DNA from: Ostrea edulis
Taxonomy: Eukaryota
DNA: 64,000 bases
NCBI RefSeq assembly: GCF_947568905.1
Contig: NC_079170.1
Location: 35,960,001 to 36,024,000 of the forward strand
Direction of reading: 5' to 3'
The position numbers were made by a program, and so were the translations under genes. How positions within the stretch are numbered: the first letter of the stretch is position 1; every line of letters begins with the position of its first letter. Shown here in pieces: positions 14,301 through 25,820 of this stretch. A model generated the notes under the pieces. That model did no database searches, was not told the DNA's origin, and was given only the letters and a program-made list of their open reading frames with translations.

Positions 14301-17300
14301 ATCTTGAGGCTCTGAATGAAGTAAAATTACAATATTGTCTTCTTGTATCAAAATTGATTTCTATATATAATGCTATATATTCAATAGAATCAAAATCTTT
14401 ATTTTGATAAAATCTTAACAATCAATAACTACGGTTGAAGTCACATACAAAACTATCATAATAGCACATTTTTACAACAAAATAAAACTTTCAGATTTAT
14501 AGCTAATAAACATGTTACCCTATAATTAACATTTACTACAAATCTTCCAAATCTAACATAGGACACAAAAGTATCAATTTCTACACATTTCACTGGAGGG
14601 AACTGTAGCTGACGATCTGTGACCTTGAAAACCTGACAGCTGTCCACAATAGTGACAAGGTAATCTTGTGTGATGATGGCCAGGGCTATTCCCAAAGTTT
14701 ACAATGTACACATTTCTGCGTAACACCCAGGGGGTTCTATAATTGATTCAATTACAGTGACTTGCCAATTCAGATACGAGAAATAGAATTACCAGGAAAA
14801 GCTTAAAACCATCACGCTTAATTAAAGGCATAGCAAAGGTGCTAAATCTGAGACAAACAAATTAATTTCATCCCCCCCTAGAGGCTATATTTCTTGTTTA
14901 TTTTCTGAAATAGCTACTTTCTCATACATCACCATTGCCCACGGAATGTATCAACATATATCACTGACCACGATAGGGGCATGCTTCTACAAAAATAAAA
15001 CCCCGAAGTTGTGTAATCTAAACAAATGTAAACATTAAACAGTGAGGAAAACCCTCCTGACCCTGATTTCTAATTAAAGAAGGCAATCGGTTGAAAAAAA
15101 TCCTATGTAGATCTCAGCATTAAAAATAATTCTCTCTGAGTGATATTCAATCAATGACATACACATCTTATCAAAAGTTTAAAAAAATCTTTAATGCTCT
15201 AAAAAATGTGTCAGTGAAAAATAAACTTAAACTGTTATCAAGTTTAAAATCTGCAAGAAATGTAAGTGATAGAGAGATCTCCTCACCCTATGCAATAGCA
15301 AATGCAATTCAGTATTAGACTCTTATTTATACAAATATTTATAAACAAATCTAGTTCAAAGATTCCAGAGCCTATAACCTCACAATCAAACTCACTCTTT
15401 CTATAAATTCACACGTAATGTGACATTATAATAGCCCACTAATCCAGGGGCGGATCCAGGAATTACGGTTAAGGGGGGGGGGGGCGCAACTTTACAAGGT
15501 CTGGGGGCTGCATTAAGGCTCCCAGTGGGTCCAGGGTGAAGCCATGGGGGCAAAGCCCTCAGAAACTCCTGGATTTTACAGATTGTATAGGGCTTGAAAT
15601 ATGTCTCCTATGCAGTCATTTTTACAATTTTCTGTCATTTATAATAAGGTGAAATTAATAAAATGACGTAAATTTTAATGGGTTTTTTTTGGGAAAAAAT
15701 GCAAGTTCTTCCAATAAAAGTGATTCAATAAATCAAAAGATTTTGTCATTTATTTCTCTGAAAGTGGAAGTATATATTACTTCTTTTATCGTTTACATTT
15801 TTCTAAGCAAGAGACCACATTCACCTTAAATATGAAAATTTTAGAGGGGTGTGTGTGTGTGTGTGTGTTGGCCCCTTAAACTTAAATCCGCCACTGCACT
15901 AATCAGCTTATAAATATAATGTGCCAATCAAATACACACAAACTAATAAAGTTATCTGATACATGTAGACCTATAGTCATGCAATTGCATATTACTTCAC
16001 TTTTTATGAATTTAAACTTTTGATAAAATCCACAGGGGCTTATATAAGCTTGTTTTGGACCCAACTCTGTGATACCATAAATTATTTATGGTATCACAGA
16101 GTTCGGGGCCCAAAATGGGCTTAGCCCCAGTGAAAAAATCAGCAAAATAAATATTAAATCACAACTAGCATGGAACAGCCTCTGAGAAATTCAATACATC
16201 TAAGATGCTAATCATGAAGCAAACTATTCAAGCTTAGTAGGAGAAGTGAAGGTCATGAGTCTTTCAGGTATGACCTTGCAAACAGACATTTCATGGTAGG
16301 CGTTAGCACGACAAAGAACCCTCATGAGTGCTATACAGTCTTAAGCATAATGCATTAGTCAAGAGTTGTTGTATTTAAGGACATATATATACAACGTTTA
16401 GAACTCGGTAACATAATTTTTTTTATGATATTCCATGTACAATTCACAAAACATTTTGAGGTATATTACCATGTCTGTTTTAGAATTGGCATATTTTAAT
16501 AGTTCCTGTTTGGTTTCAAGTGAAAATGTAACGTCTGAGCTCTGATGTATTACAGTAAGTTGTATAAATGGACATTTACTGGAGCAAAGGAGGAGAGAAA
16601 AATCTTTGGAACAATTGGGCGTTTAGAATCTTAGGGACGTTTCGGTTACATTACTTAGTTTGGTGATCTAACCACTGAGTTACCCACACCAGTATCCAAA
16701 GCATGGTAATATAAACTACAAAATAAAATTTAAACCTATTTCAGAAAACATAAAAGAACTCGATCTTCATGTCAAGAAGACGAAAAAATAATTTTCAAAG
16801 GAAAATGTCAGAAATGTCATGTATGTACTTGAGAAAAGCTGGGGACATCTTTAAATTTAAGTGACACATTCTTGAATGGGATGATAAACAATATGCAAAC
16901 AAAATATTGATGCAATTAAAAATTCACTGTTTGAAGATAAAAAAACCCAACTGTGCTCTGACCATTATTGATTATATATACCATATGGGATCCCCTGAAG
17001 CTTAATGTGTTTTGTGATTGAGCATATTTGTGGAGAATTTAGTGACATTTATAGCAAAATAATGTCCCCCCTGACCGCCAGATGTTTATCAGGGATATGG
17101 GCACACCTCACTATTAGACTGAGGGTCAAAAGGGGTCACGGAAACTAAGACACAAGATAGTGACATTACTGTATCAAATCTCCTGACTCTTCTGTGATAT
17201 CTAATCTCCCTTATACACATGCTTATCTTTAAATTATGTCCAGCAAAAAGAACACAAATTTAAATTATTTCATGTGAACCAATCTGTTTGAACAGCCTGT

Positions 17301-17889
17301 TAAATACTTTGTGTTCTATCAATATCTCTTTTTGATGTTCAACATGTAAAGATGCTCAAAAACTAAATAAATACAGTTGATTGATGCCATTCTTTACAAT
17401 TAACATATACACTTATACACTTCTTTTCATCTGATATCAAATTACATCTTATACATACCAAACAAACCCGGAGTATATACACATATACTGTATATACACT
17501 GGTTTCTTTATCAATTATTTCAACAATTCAACTTTTATCCTTTGGAATTTGTTCCTCCAAGTATGTGAAATTTCAAATAAAAATAAATTTACCTTGAAAA
17601 TTTTATCCAGGATATTAAGCTTCTCAGGCACGGAAGCTGCAGGGACCTTTTGAATGCTTTGTTTCTTTTGCAGGAATACCTCCTTTCCAGTGTCAGTTTT
17701 TCTAATAATTCGCTTTTCATGAAACTTGAACACATGGTTTTCCTGTGGCTCTCTGTGACCTACAGGAGGGTGTGGTAAGTAAAGTCCTATATGATAGGTT
17801 AAAAGCATGGAGAAAAAAGCAATCAGCAGCAGCAAAAGAAAAATGTCCTTGACCCCTTGAACTGAGGTGAACAATGCCATTCTTCTCAT
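235..17889 (-). CDS. CPED1: Cadherin-like and PC-esterase domain-containing protein 1-like; N-terminal 453 aa, gene continues left of the window
   Basis: Phase-consistent GT-AG exons, 5' to 3': 17889-17593, 13099-12970, 10971-10880, 8221-8134, 7169-7025, 3237-3060, 2739-2648, 1931-1797, 817-745, 363-235 (1359 nt). There is an N-terminal hydrophobic anchor (IFLLLLLIAFFSMLL). Motifs LRLTALLTSLSPLRAYLHST and RCCSRCFQSLHLDVVF match recalled human CPED1 [20 protein letters not shown] and RCRFCFQLLTFDIGY in colinear order. Confidence 0.8.
2289..2647. repeat. 72-bp tandem repeat, about 5 copies, abutting a CPED1 exon donor
   Basis: GACTAAC recurs at 2425, 2497, 2569 and 2641. Confidence 0.95.
3582..5142. 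mobile_element. Non-autonomous Kolobok-like DNA transposon, 1561 bp
   Basis: TTAA flanks at 3578-3581 and 5143-5146, with the host repeat resuming on both sides. Terminal inverted repeat (TIR) AGGACACATC(T/G)C(G/A)TGTTTT. TTAA TSD with RR termini fits Kolobok. Confidence 0.8.
5281..6223 (+). mobile_element. Helentron-associated (HINE/Pearl-like) element carrying 5 x ~143-bp satellite units
   Basis: Sub-terminal inverted repeat ATACCCCC (about 5314) / GGGGGTAT (about 6213). Core units start at 5411, 5554, 5697, 5834 and 5979. An ACGG/ACAG microsatellite and a 3' stem-loop follow. Inserted in an A-run with no TSD. Confidence 0.8.
8006..8162. repeat. Short tandem duplication of a CPED1 exon 3' end plus donor
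   Basis: AACAG|GTAAGT or AACAG|GTACGC occurs three times on the minus strand; the functional copy is at 8134. Confidence 0.85.
8529..8949 (+). mobile_element. Short HINE/Pearl-like element
   Basis: AACAAGATG start, ATGCCTCC / GGGGCAT sub-terminal inverted repeat, CAAGGTCAAGGTCAC core and GACAGA microsatellite, in an A-rich insertion site. Confidence 0.6.
9626..10133. mobile_element. Kolobok-like MITE, 508 bp
   Basis: TTAA flanks and TIR AGGGACTG(A/G)TTC. The interior is homologous to 24824-25345 and 52744-53241. Confidence 0.82.
12161..12495. repeat. Degenerate ~22-bp minisatellite
   Basis: Recurrent TGTCTGCCGAG(T/C)CT(G/A)GT units. Confidence 0.85.
15445..15896. mobile_element. hAT-type MITE, 452 bp
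   Basis: TIR CAG(G/T)GGCGGAT and exact 8-bp TSD CACTAATC at 15437-15444 and 15897-15904. Confidence 0.88.
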
Positions 17890-20800
17890 GTAATTCCGGA
17901 GTTAGTCTTCATTTAAGGGCCATCAACTCTCTGGAAAAAAAACACAAGAAAAAAAAATCATCTACAAAGAGATAAATGCTGAGTAATACACAGTGAATTA
18001 ATTAAAATCAATTTAAAGTCAAATCAATGAAAAATGAAAAAAAAACTGCCATCTCAGTTTTAGCTTCCTAATAGCACAGTAAGCTAAAACAATGAACATC
18101 AAAGACACCTCTGCAGAGGTACAGTGCGGCAACCCTGAGGTGCAATATCACAAGTTGCCAATTTCCTTACTGTTGTGATCAAAATGTGAAAAACACACCT
18201 GTCTATAAACCATGATAATTCTGACCAAAAAGGTGGCTGAACTCTTCATGCACTGACGTCAACCTAAAGCTATATCCACCGAACTTAATTATGCCAAACT
18301 GCATCCCAACCAACTGCTTTCTTAAAACACTTTCCTTGTGAAAGGAAGCAGATTTTCCTGGTAAATATCTATACTGATAGCAATAGTGGTGAAAAAAAAA
18401 ATTGCTTATCATAAGCACTGCCTGCTTTGTCACACAATATCCAGCTTAACTGAAACTTAAAGGTTTTCATTTGTCAATGAAATCTCCATCTTCCGTATGG
18501 ACTCCTTAAAAGTGTCATTGACTTGAAGAATGCAGCATGCCAACTTAAATACGATCCCATGTGCCTATCACACAAACTTATCACAAGTGGACACTGAGGA
18601 GTTTTGGTCACTTAACTCTCATAGATCTCATCAAGATACAAAAAAAAAAATCAATTTTGTCAGAGTAAATAAAAGTTAATTTGTCATTTTTTGATAAAAT
18701 CCCCACCCTGATAGGAGCAATGAATTCAGAAGTTGACGTCTGGTGTGACATACAATATTGACGAGAACTGTGACTGCAAGGGATTTCTTTACCAGCTGTA
18801 GGAGAATTATATATGTGTGGTTTATTCATTTGTTGGCATGATAATAAAATAGACATGCGGCGTGAAAATATCACAAAAGACGTAACAATACCTGCAAAAA
18901 ATGAAGACTTACACGTATAATTTCTCTCACAGAATACAGTTTCATCTCGCACATCTGCCTGAAACTTTTCATCCTAATCTATAAACATAATCTGGCTGCA
19001 CAAATGTCTAGATTGTGTAACATGGTTAATATATAAATTGCTGTATGTCGAATTACAGATACAATTTGTAAATGGCATAATCAATCGAGGAGACTTTTTT
19101 ATGAATTTGACCAATGCTGTTAACAGGCAGCAGATGCTGGACTCATTAGATTGGTTTCTATATAATCGACAATTTGATTGATTAAACACAAAACTTTCAT
19201 GATCTCCTCTGTAATACTGACTGAATTGCCTATCCAAGGCCAAGTATTTCACAATCATGTTTCACATACCTCATATTTTAATCACCCCCTCCCCCCTCCA
19301 AAAAGAAAAAAATGTTGAAAATTTCCTTATAAATTTTTTTTCATTGAGGTCATAATTCAATTAAGCCTCAGATTGTTATAATTAAATTCTGAATGCTTTT
19401 TATCAAGAACACATAGGAAATACAATCTAAAGAAAAGATATTTCTAGCTCTTTGAATTGCGTGGCCTTCAACGCTTTACTGTCTGAGGAATGTCAGCAAT
19501 GCCCAATATTTCATACCTTTACAGGTAAAACCATTACCCTGGCATGCTAACACATAAAGCAGATTTCAACTTCTCTTGTGTCAAATCACTGAAACCTCAA
19601 CACCTGCTTCTGAACATCTTCATTCACTCAACACATCATGTTCAAATCCCTATTATAAACAGTGGCAAAACAATGTCAATGCAAACTATCAAAATCTCAG
19701 TTTATAGATAGCAAATTTACCCAGCTTCTGCCCTGTTTACCTTAATAAACTTCAAATCAGGATACCTTGTGAATTATTATGCAACATATGATCTACCTGG
19801 TTTTTAAAAAAAAAAATTGGGTCAAGTAATTAACATTTTACAAATTTCTGTAGATATATATTACATGTATATACATGATATATATAGCGACTTTCTTCTA
19901 TTGCATGTTGCTCTTTATTGTATGTCCTCAAAGGTCCCAAATTGGTTTCAATAAATCTTATATTATATCGATAAACACAGCACATCAAGTAAGGAAATAA
20001 TCAAATTAGAGAGTTATGTCCCCTGTATTTACATTGTGTGCGACTTTGGTATATTTTAGTTTTATCAATAAAAAAACAGCCACTGCATGGTCAGGCCAGG
20101 AAACTGGAATTAAATACTTGTCTGAAAAGTCCATAAAATTGAGTCTGGCTTCTAAAAATGTTCATGAATTACAAAAATCATCTATCATTGGGGGCACAGG
20201 GGTAAGAGGTTGATGACAACAAATTTTAAAAAATACTTGTACATAAAAATTGAAAGAAACATTGAGTAGAAGTTGCGTTTCATTTGGGCTGGTAAATTTC
20301 TGTCAGTATCGTAAACAATCCCGCTTCACAGACTTGAATGGCAGTATACTCAAAAAAAGTTTTCTGTGCGAATTGATACTTATACATGAGAATGATAGAC
20401 AGGGGTTAATCCCTGCACACCTCACCATACTACATAAAGAGAATGTTATATACTCCCAAAATCTGTAGAATCTTACCCCTGTCAGTCTGAAAATTTAGCA
20501 ACGCCAGTCTCCATAATGGGAGAGATATGTCAGCCTTCTAACTTAATTGACACAAACAACAAAAGATATAGATAAAATTTCCAACCAATATGTAACATTT
20601 ATATAGACATATTACTTCGAGCAGTTATTTTTATTGCAGGGATACATTAGGACATCGCTGATAAGATCATTCCCTCCATCGCTTCAATGACAGGTTGAAG
20701 TTTATGTGTTCTCATCAATGCTGATAGAAAACTATATAATATAAAGGCCGTAAGGCTGAATTCAAATTTCGTTGCTGAATTTATTTATCATTGCTGAATT

Positions 20801-23800
20801 GAATTATCATACCTATTTTCCTTCTAAATTCACATATATACAATATACATATCTCAATAGTGTTATACTAAATGCACCTTAGCTTCTATAAGGTTTGGCA
20901 TTTTAAAATTAGTATCAAATGGAGCAATTTTGTAATCACAATTTTATTATGATTAAAAATAAAAATAAAAAAACCAACCAAGTCTGACCACCCATTCTAG
21001 ATATCAATTCAAGCTAGCACTCCTCATTACCCCAACTTAATCAACTCAAAATTTCCCTACCAACCCTTCACAATCGAATCTTAAATATTTCCCTATCACT
21101 ACTACATATAATCAATACTTAAATGCCCCCCCCCCCCCCCACCACCACCACCACCACTCCAAAATCAATGCTTTAGGTCATACTCAATGATTCTAACATT
21201 TCTTAAAAATTTTATTTTCACCTCCTCTATATGAAGAAATCTTGTTGAGATTATATAGTGTAGTAACTATAGTAATGTATTACCATACTGCATATCTCGG
21301 CCCCAGGTTAGCTCAATGACCACATCCCCTATCTAGTTATGCAAGGGCACCAGTTTAACCCCCCATTGTTCCCAAGATTTTTCTCCCTTTCCTTGCAACA
21401 TTAACTAAAAGTAATGTCCCTATAGAACCATCTGTAATACGTACAGCTGATTTTACTTTTTACTAATGTAAACTGATCTATAAAACAGATATATTGTGAT
21501 AATATACCCCAAGTTATCTGTACAAACAAAAAGCAAGTGAATTGTACCCAAGATGTCACGAAAAATATATTATTGAGAAATGTCACACATTTCCTTAAAG
21601 GTCCCCTACCACCACTCCAAAATCATGTCTTAAATGTCCCCCATCACACCTTAATCAACTTCTAAAAAAACACCCTGATTCCACCACCACTCCAAAATCA
21701 TTTCTTAAATGTCCTCCATCACGCCTTAATCAACTTCTAAAAAAACACCCTGATTCCATCATGATCTAAATGCAGATACCCTGGTAACCTTATATGGACC
21801 GTTGGTTGAGACCTGAATGTTTAAGATGGGTGTGTATCTTTTTGTCTTTGTATCTTTACTATCTTATTACTTGGTCCACGCTGGTGGTTTTTCTCGCCCC
21901 AGGCCAGTCTTCACTCATGTTCATCTGACAGATAAGCATATTTTATATGGTCAGTCATCACTTAATCACTTGTTCCAAATCCAATTCAGTCATTCAATCC
22001 TCTAATTATTTCCTTATAGAGGGACAAACACCTTTCCATAAATCACCTATCTGATTGGTTCAGGTAAAACTGAGTTTACCTTGACAAAGACACGGAATGG
22101 CTGAACAAGTCATTAAAGGGATCCCACAAAAAGATGAGACTTATCAGTCACGCGGTTAAAAGTCCCAGTGAAAGAGAAGCTCCTTACAAAACCTGCAATA
22201 TCTTTCCGCTGGATTCATGAAGAGAGGTTAATTAAATCCTGTGTCCTCTTTTCAAATTTAAACGACTGCAAATTTGTTTGATGTACTGATAATTTTGAAG
22301 ATAAAGTGCCGTAAGCTTTCCCAAGAAACTTCACAGTTCACATTAAGATCAAAAGTTAAACACTGCTCACTGAACTGAGTCAAAATTAGCTAGTTTAATA
22401 AAGCACACTATATAAACTTTAATTAATGTATCACAACAGAATTAATCTAATTAAAGGAAGGGTCCATATTAATTTCCATCTCACTCATCAATCCTTGTTT
22501 TGAATTCATCTAAATGATTGTGTGAAAAATGACTTGGAGATCAGATTATTTTATTGATTAAAATTGTTCATAAATCACATGCAAATCAATTAAATTCTTG
22601 TACATTTGCAGAGCTATATCCACAGAACATATTCACAGTATAAAGATATTCATCAACTAAATTTACATATTCACTATAGAATTAAAATTAATAATGCTTG
22701 TGTTCCGCTTCAGATAACTGCCCTTATCTTAATAATAATTTGAAACTCCAGTCTGAGATCTATATATATCTAACCTAGTATGCATGTAAACTATGCTTTC
22801 GTTGAATTCATGCAGGCAAAACGTTTATTTTTTTTTTTTAAATTCAAATACTAGCTGCCAACAAAAAAAATTGAAAATACACGTAAATGGGCATGAGCAT
22901 TCCATTTATAATTGTTTTATGATTTTTGATAGTTGAAAATGTATTCAAAATGTATACATAATGTATAATCTACATATTTCAAACAAGCACAATATATTAT
23001 CATTACAGTAAGTGAATGATGGCTTACCTTACAATGTTTCGACTAGTCCACTGTGACAGAATATGTGACAATAGGATTTGGACATGAGAGAATTTTGTGG
23101 TCCAATGTTTCACCCAGGGGTACCATGTCAGTATACATTAATCTTCCCCCCAGTTCCTTGCTTAGCACTCCGAATTACTCTATAAACAAACTCCCATAAC
23201 GCATGCGGTCAAGCACAGAAATCCTGCACTCAATTCAAGTCACACAGTGTGCATATACTTCTGTCTGTAATGAACAAAATAAATATGTGCAATCACAAGG
23301 AGCTGTCATGGTTGAATTACATAACACTGATGGCATCAAATTAAAATGGAAATTAAATTAGAAAGTACTTGGGTCTGGTACCAAAATACATGTAGCTTGT
23401 ATAGAGCCTACCTGTGTATTTCTGATTTTACTTCTTCCTCCGGTTAATCTTTAAATGAATTCCATAAGAGGCTTCCCCATGGAGAAAAATTAAATGCTGT
23501 CGCGTTTGACATCTCGCCTTGATACGGGGCTACAGCTGACACTCTTTGAGAATCAGATCTTGACATTGGATATTTGGGATTTCTGGTGAATTTAAATTTC
23601 TTTACAACTCTACACCTGAAAATATAACATAAACATTTACATTAGTCGCATGAAGTTAACAAGATTTTTAAATTAGCAGTTGACATAATTTCTCTGTCAT
23701 TATACCAAAACAAACCTGCTATACAAATTGTTCGTATAAGGAATACAATGTAACAATTTGTATTTATTTTCCTTCATTACACAGAAACACGTGTTTGATC

Positions 23801-24823
23801 GTCCTCCTTGTAATTACTGACATTTTGTTAAGTGGTTCAAGAAAAAGAAGAAACACACCTGTGTTTGCCCATCAGTCACTTTGTTTGCTGTTTATTGTGT
23901 GTATTGTAGTAGAAATTGTATCACACAAGCTCAGGATAAAACAACATCAAACAGAAAACTGAAATGGATCTGCATGGCTAAATCCATGTCCCAGTGCTGC
24001 AGAATTAATTTCTTTTCCCCTCTTCGTTTTCAGGATAATAAACATGAGGCCCATGGGCCACATCACTCACCTTTTCCATACACAGGTAACATTTCATGTG
24101 AACATCTCACGGTGAATTTCAATCGAATTGCTGTTCACATGAAATTCATGTGAATATTTTTACATGAATTTTATGCAAATCCCTTTTCACATGTAATTCA
24201 TGTAAAATGTTCACATGAACAGCAACTCTAACCCATCGAATGGCCCTTGCTGAAATCGGGGTTCGTGGTCTAAACTTACGCTAAATGATAATTCCCGCCT
24301 TTGACATTTTGCACCCTAGCTTGTAAATAAAGTTGAATCTGAACTGCATGAAGATCATTGAATACTAATTTGATAACATAACCTTGTGGTTCTTGTTAAG
24401 ATTTTCATTCAGCATTGTCCTAAGTATAATGTGAGGCTTTAAACTTCTCATATAGCTACATCCCGACCTAGGTGTCATGATGTACTACTGCAATACTAGT
24501 ATATGAGGATGCTTGCATATCATTTTAACAATATGTGTGCCATTGTAGTTCTTGAGAAAAGATTTTTCGAAGATATTTCCTTAACATTCCTATGTAAAAC
24601 TTGTAACCCTCATCTGAGAGTAATAGCCTTGGAGATTGATTTCTATAAGGCAGAGATTTAAAGTGTGTATACATCATATATAAAAAATACATGTATCGAG
24701 AACTCGGATTGAGTTCCATCCTTAAGTTCCGTCCAGATAAACCTCAGTACTTCAGATTAAGAATATATGAAGACAATACCGAGATCTCAGATTGAGTTTG
24801 GACCTTATGTTCCGTCCAGTTAA

Positions 24824-25345
24824 AAGGACTAATTCACAATCCCTCCCCCCCCCCCCCCCCCCCCCCCATTTGTTTATCACTTTTTATGATCAAAATCTAC
24901 TGTCTAATGTGTTGAAAAGGTTTCACAAAAAATAAAGTTATAGATTATAACAGCTCATTTTAGAGAGTTTTATTATTTGTTTTGTAAACAAAGACTGATG
25001 GCATTGTTTTCGAAGTTTACAGAAGAAATGGATATCAATCTAAGTTTATTATATCTATCACATTTCAAGCATTCTTTGAGTAAAATGTGTCATATAAAAG
25101 TTAAATTTGTGACTGTGCAAAATTAAGATGCTTTGAACAACCAAATCTTAAAACATTTCTGAATCACTGGTTTGATTGTAAAGATAAAAAAAGACTTGAG
25201 AGTTAAGGCTAGAATATAGCTCTTTTACACATGTATATATAGCTTATCCTTGCATTCAGAAGGTCAAAATTTTGGCTGTCAACATTATGTAAATGAGTTA
25301 TATTTTTAATGTTTTGCATCATAAATGAAAAATATATCAAGAATG
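24824..25345. mobile_element. Kolobok-like MITE copy lacking its right TIR
   Basis: Starts after TTAA inside a unit of the 80-bp repeat. The body is homologous to 9626-10133 and the terminal CCAGTCCCT is absent. Confidence 0.7.
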
Positions 25346-25367
25346 TGAAGACAATAACTGAGACTCG

Positions 25368-25765
25368 CTCGGATTGAGTGTGGTCTTATGTTCCGTCCAG
25401 TTAACCATCAGTGCTACGGATTCAGAATCTGGAGACAATATTGAGAGCTCGGATTGAGTGTGGTGCTATGTTCCGTCCAGTTAACCATTACTACTACGGA
25501 TTCAGAATCTGGAGACAATATTGAGAGCTCGGATTGAGTGTGGTGCTATGTTCCGTCCAGTTAACCATTACTGCTACGGATTCAGAATCTGGAGACAATA
25601 TTGAGAGCTCGGATTGAGTGTGGTCTTATGTTCCGTCCAGTTAACCATTACTACTACGGATTCAGAATCTGGAGACAATATCGAGAGCTCGGATTGAGTG
25701 TGGTGCTATGTTCCGTCCAGTTAACCATCAGTGCTACGGATTCAGAATGTGGAGACAATATCGAG
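25368..25765. repeat. 80-bp tandem repeat, 5 copies (older copies at about 24700-24820)
   Basis: CTCGGATTGAG at 25368, 25448, 25528, 25608 and 25688. Confidence 0.95.
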
Positions 25766-25820
25766 ATCTTTGACCAAGTTCCATCCTGTAAAATATTAAC
25801 TGCTACACACATGTATAAAA

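Noticed and set aside
21817-22005. 62-aa plus-strand ORF with a signal-peptide-like N-terminus
   Set aside because: It is short and unsupported, and the hydrophobicity is explained by T-richness opposite a purine-rich candidate exon.
25368-25765. Regular tandem arrays as CRISPR-like loci
   Set aside because: The DNA is eukaryotic, and the units are wholly repeated with no unique spacers or cas genes.
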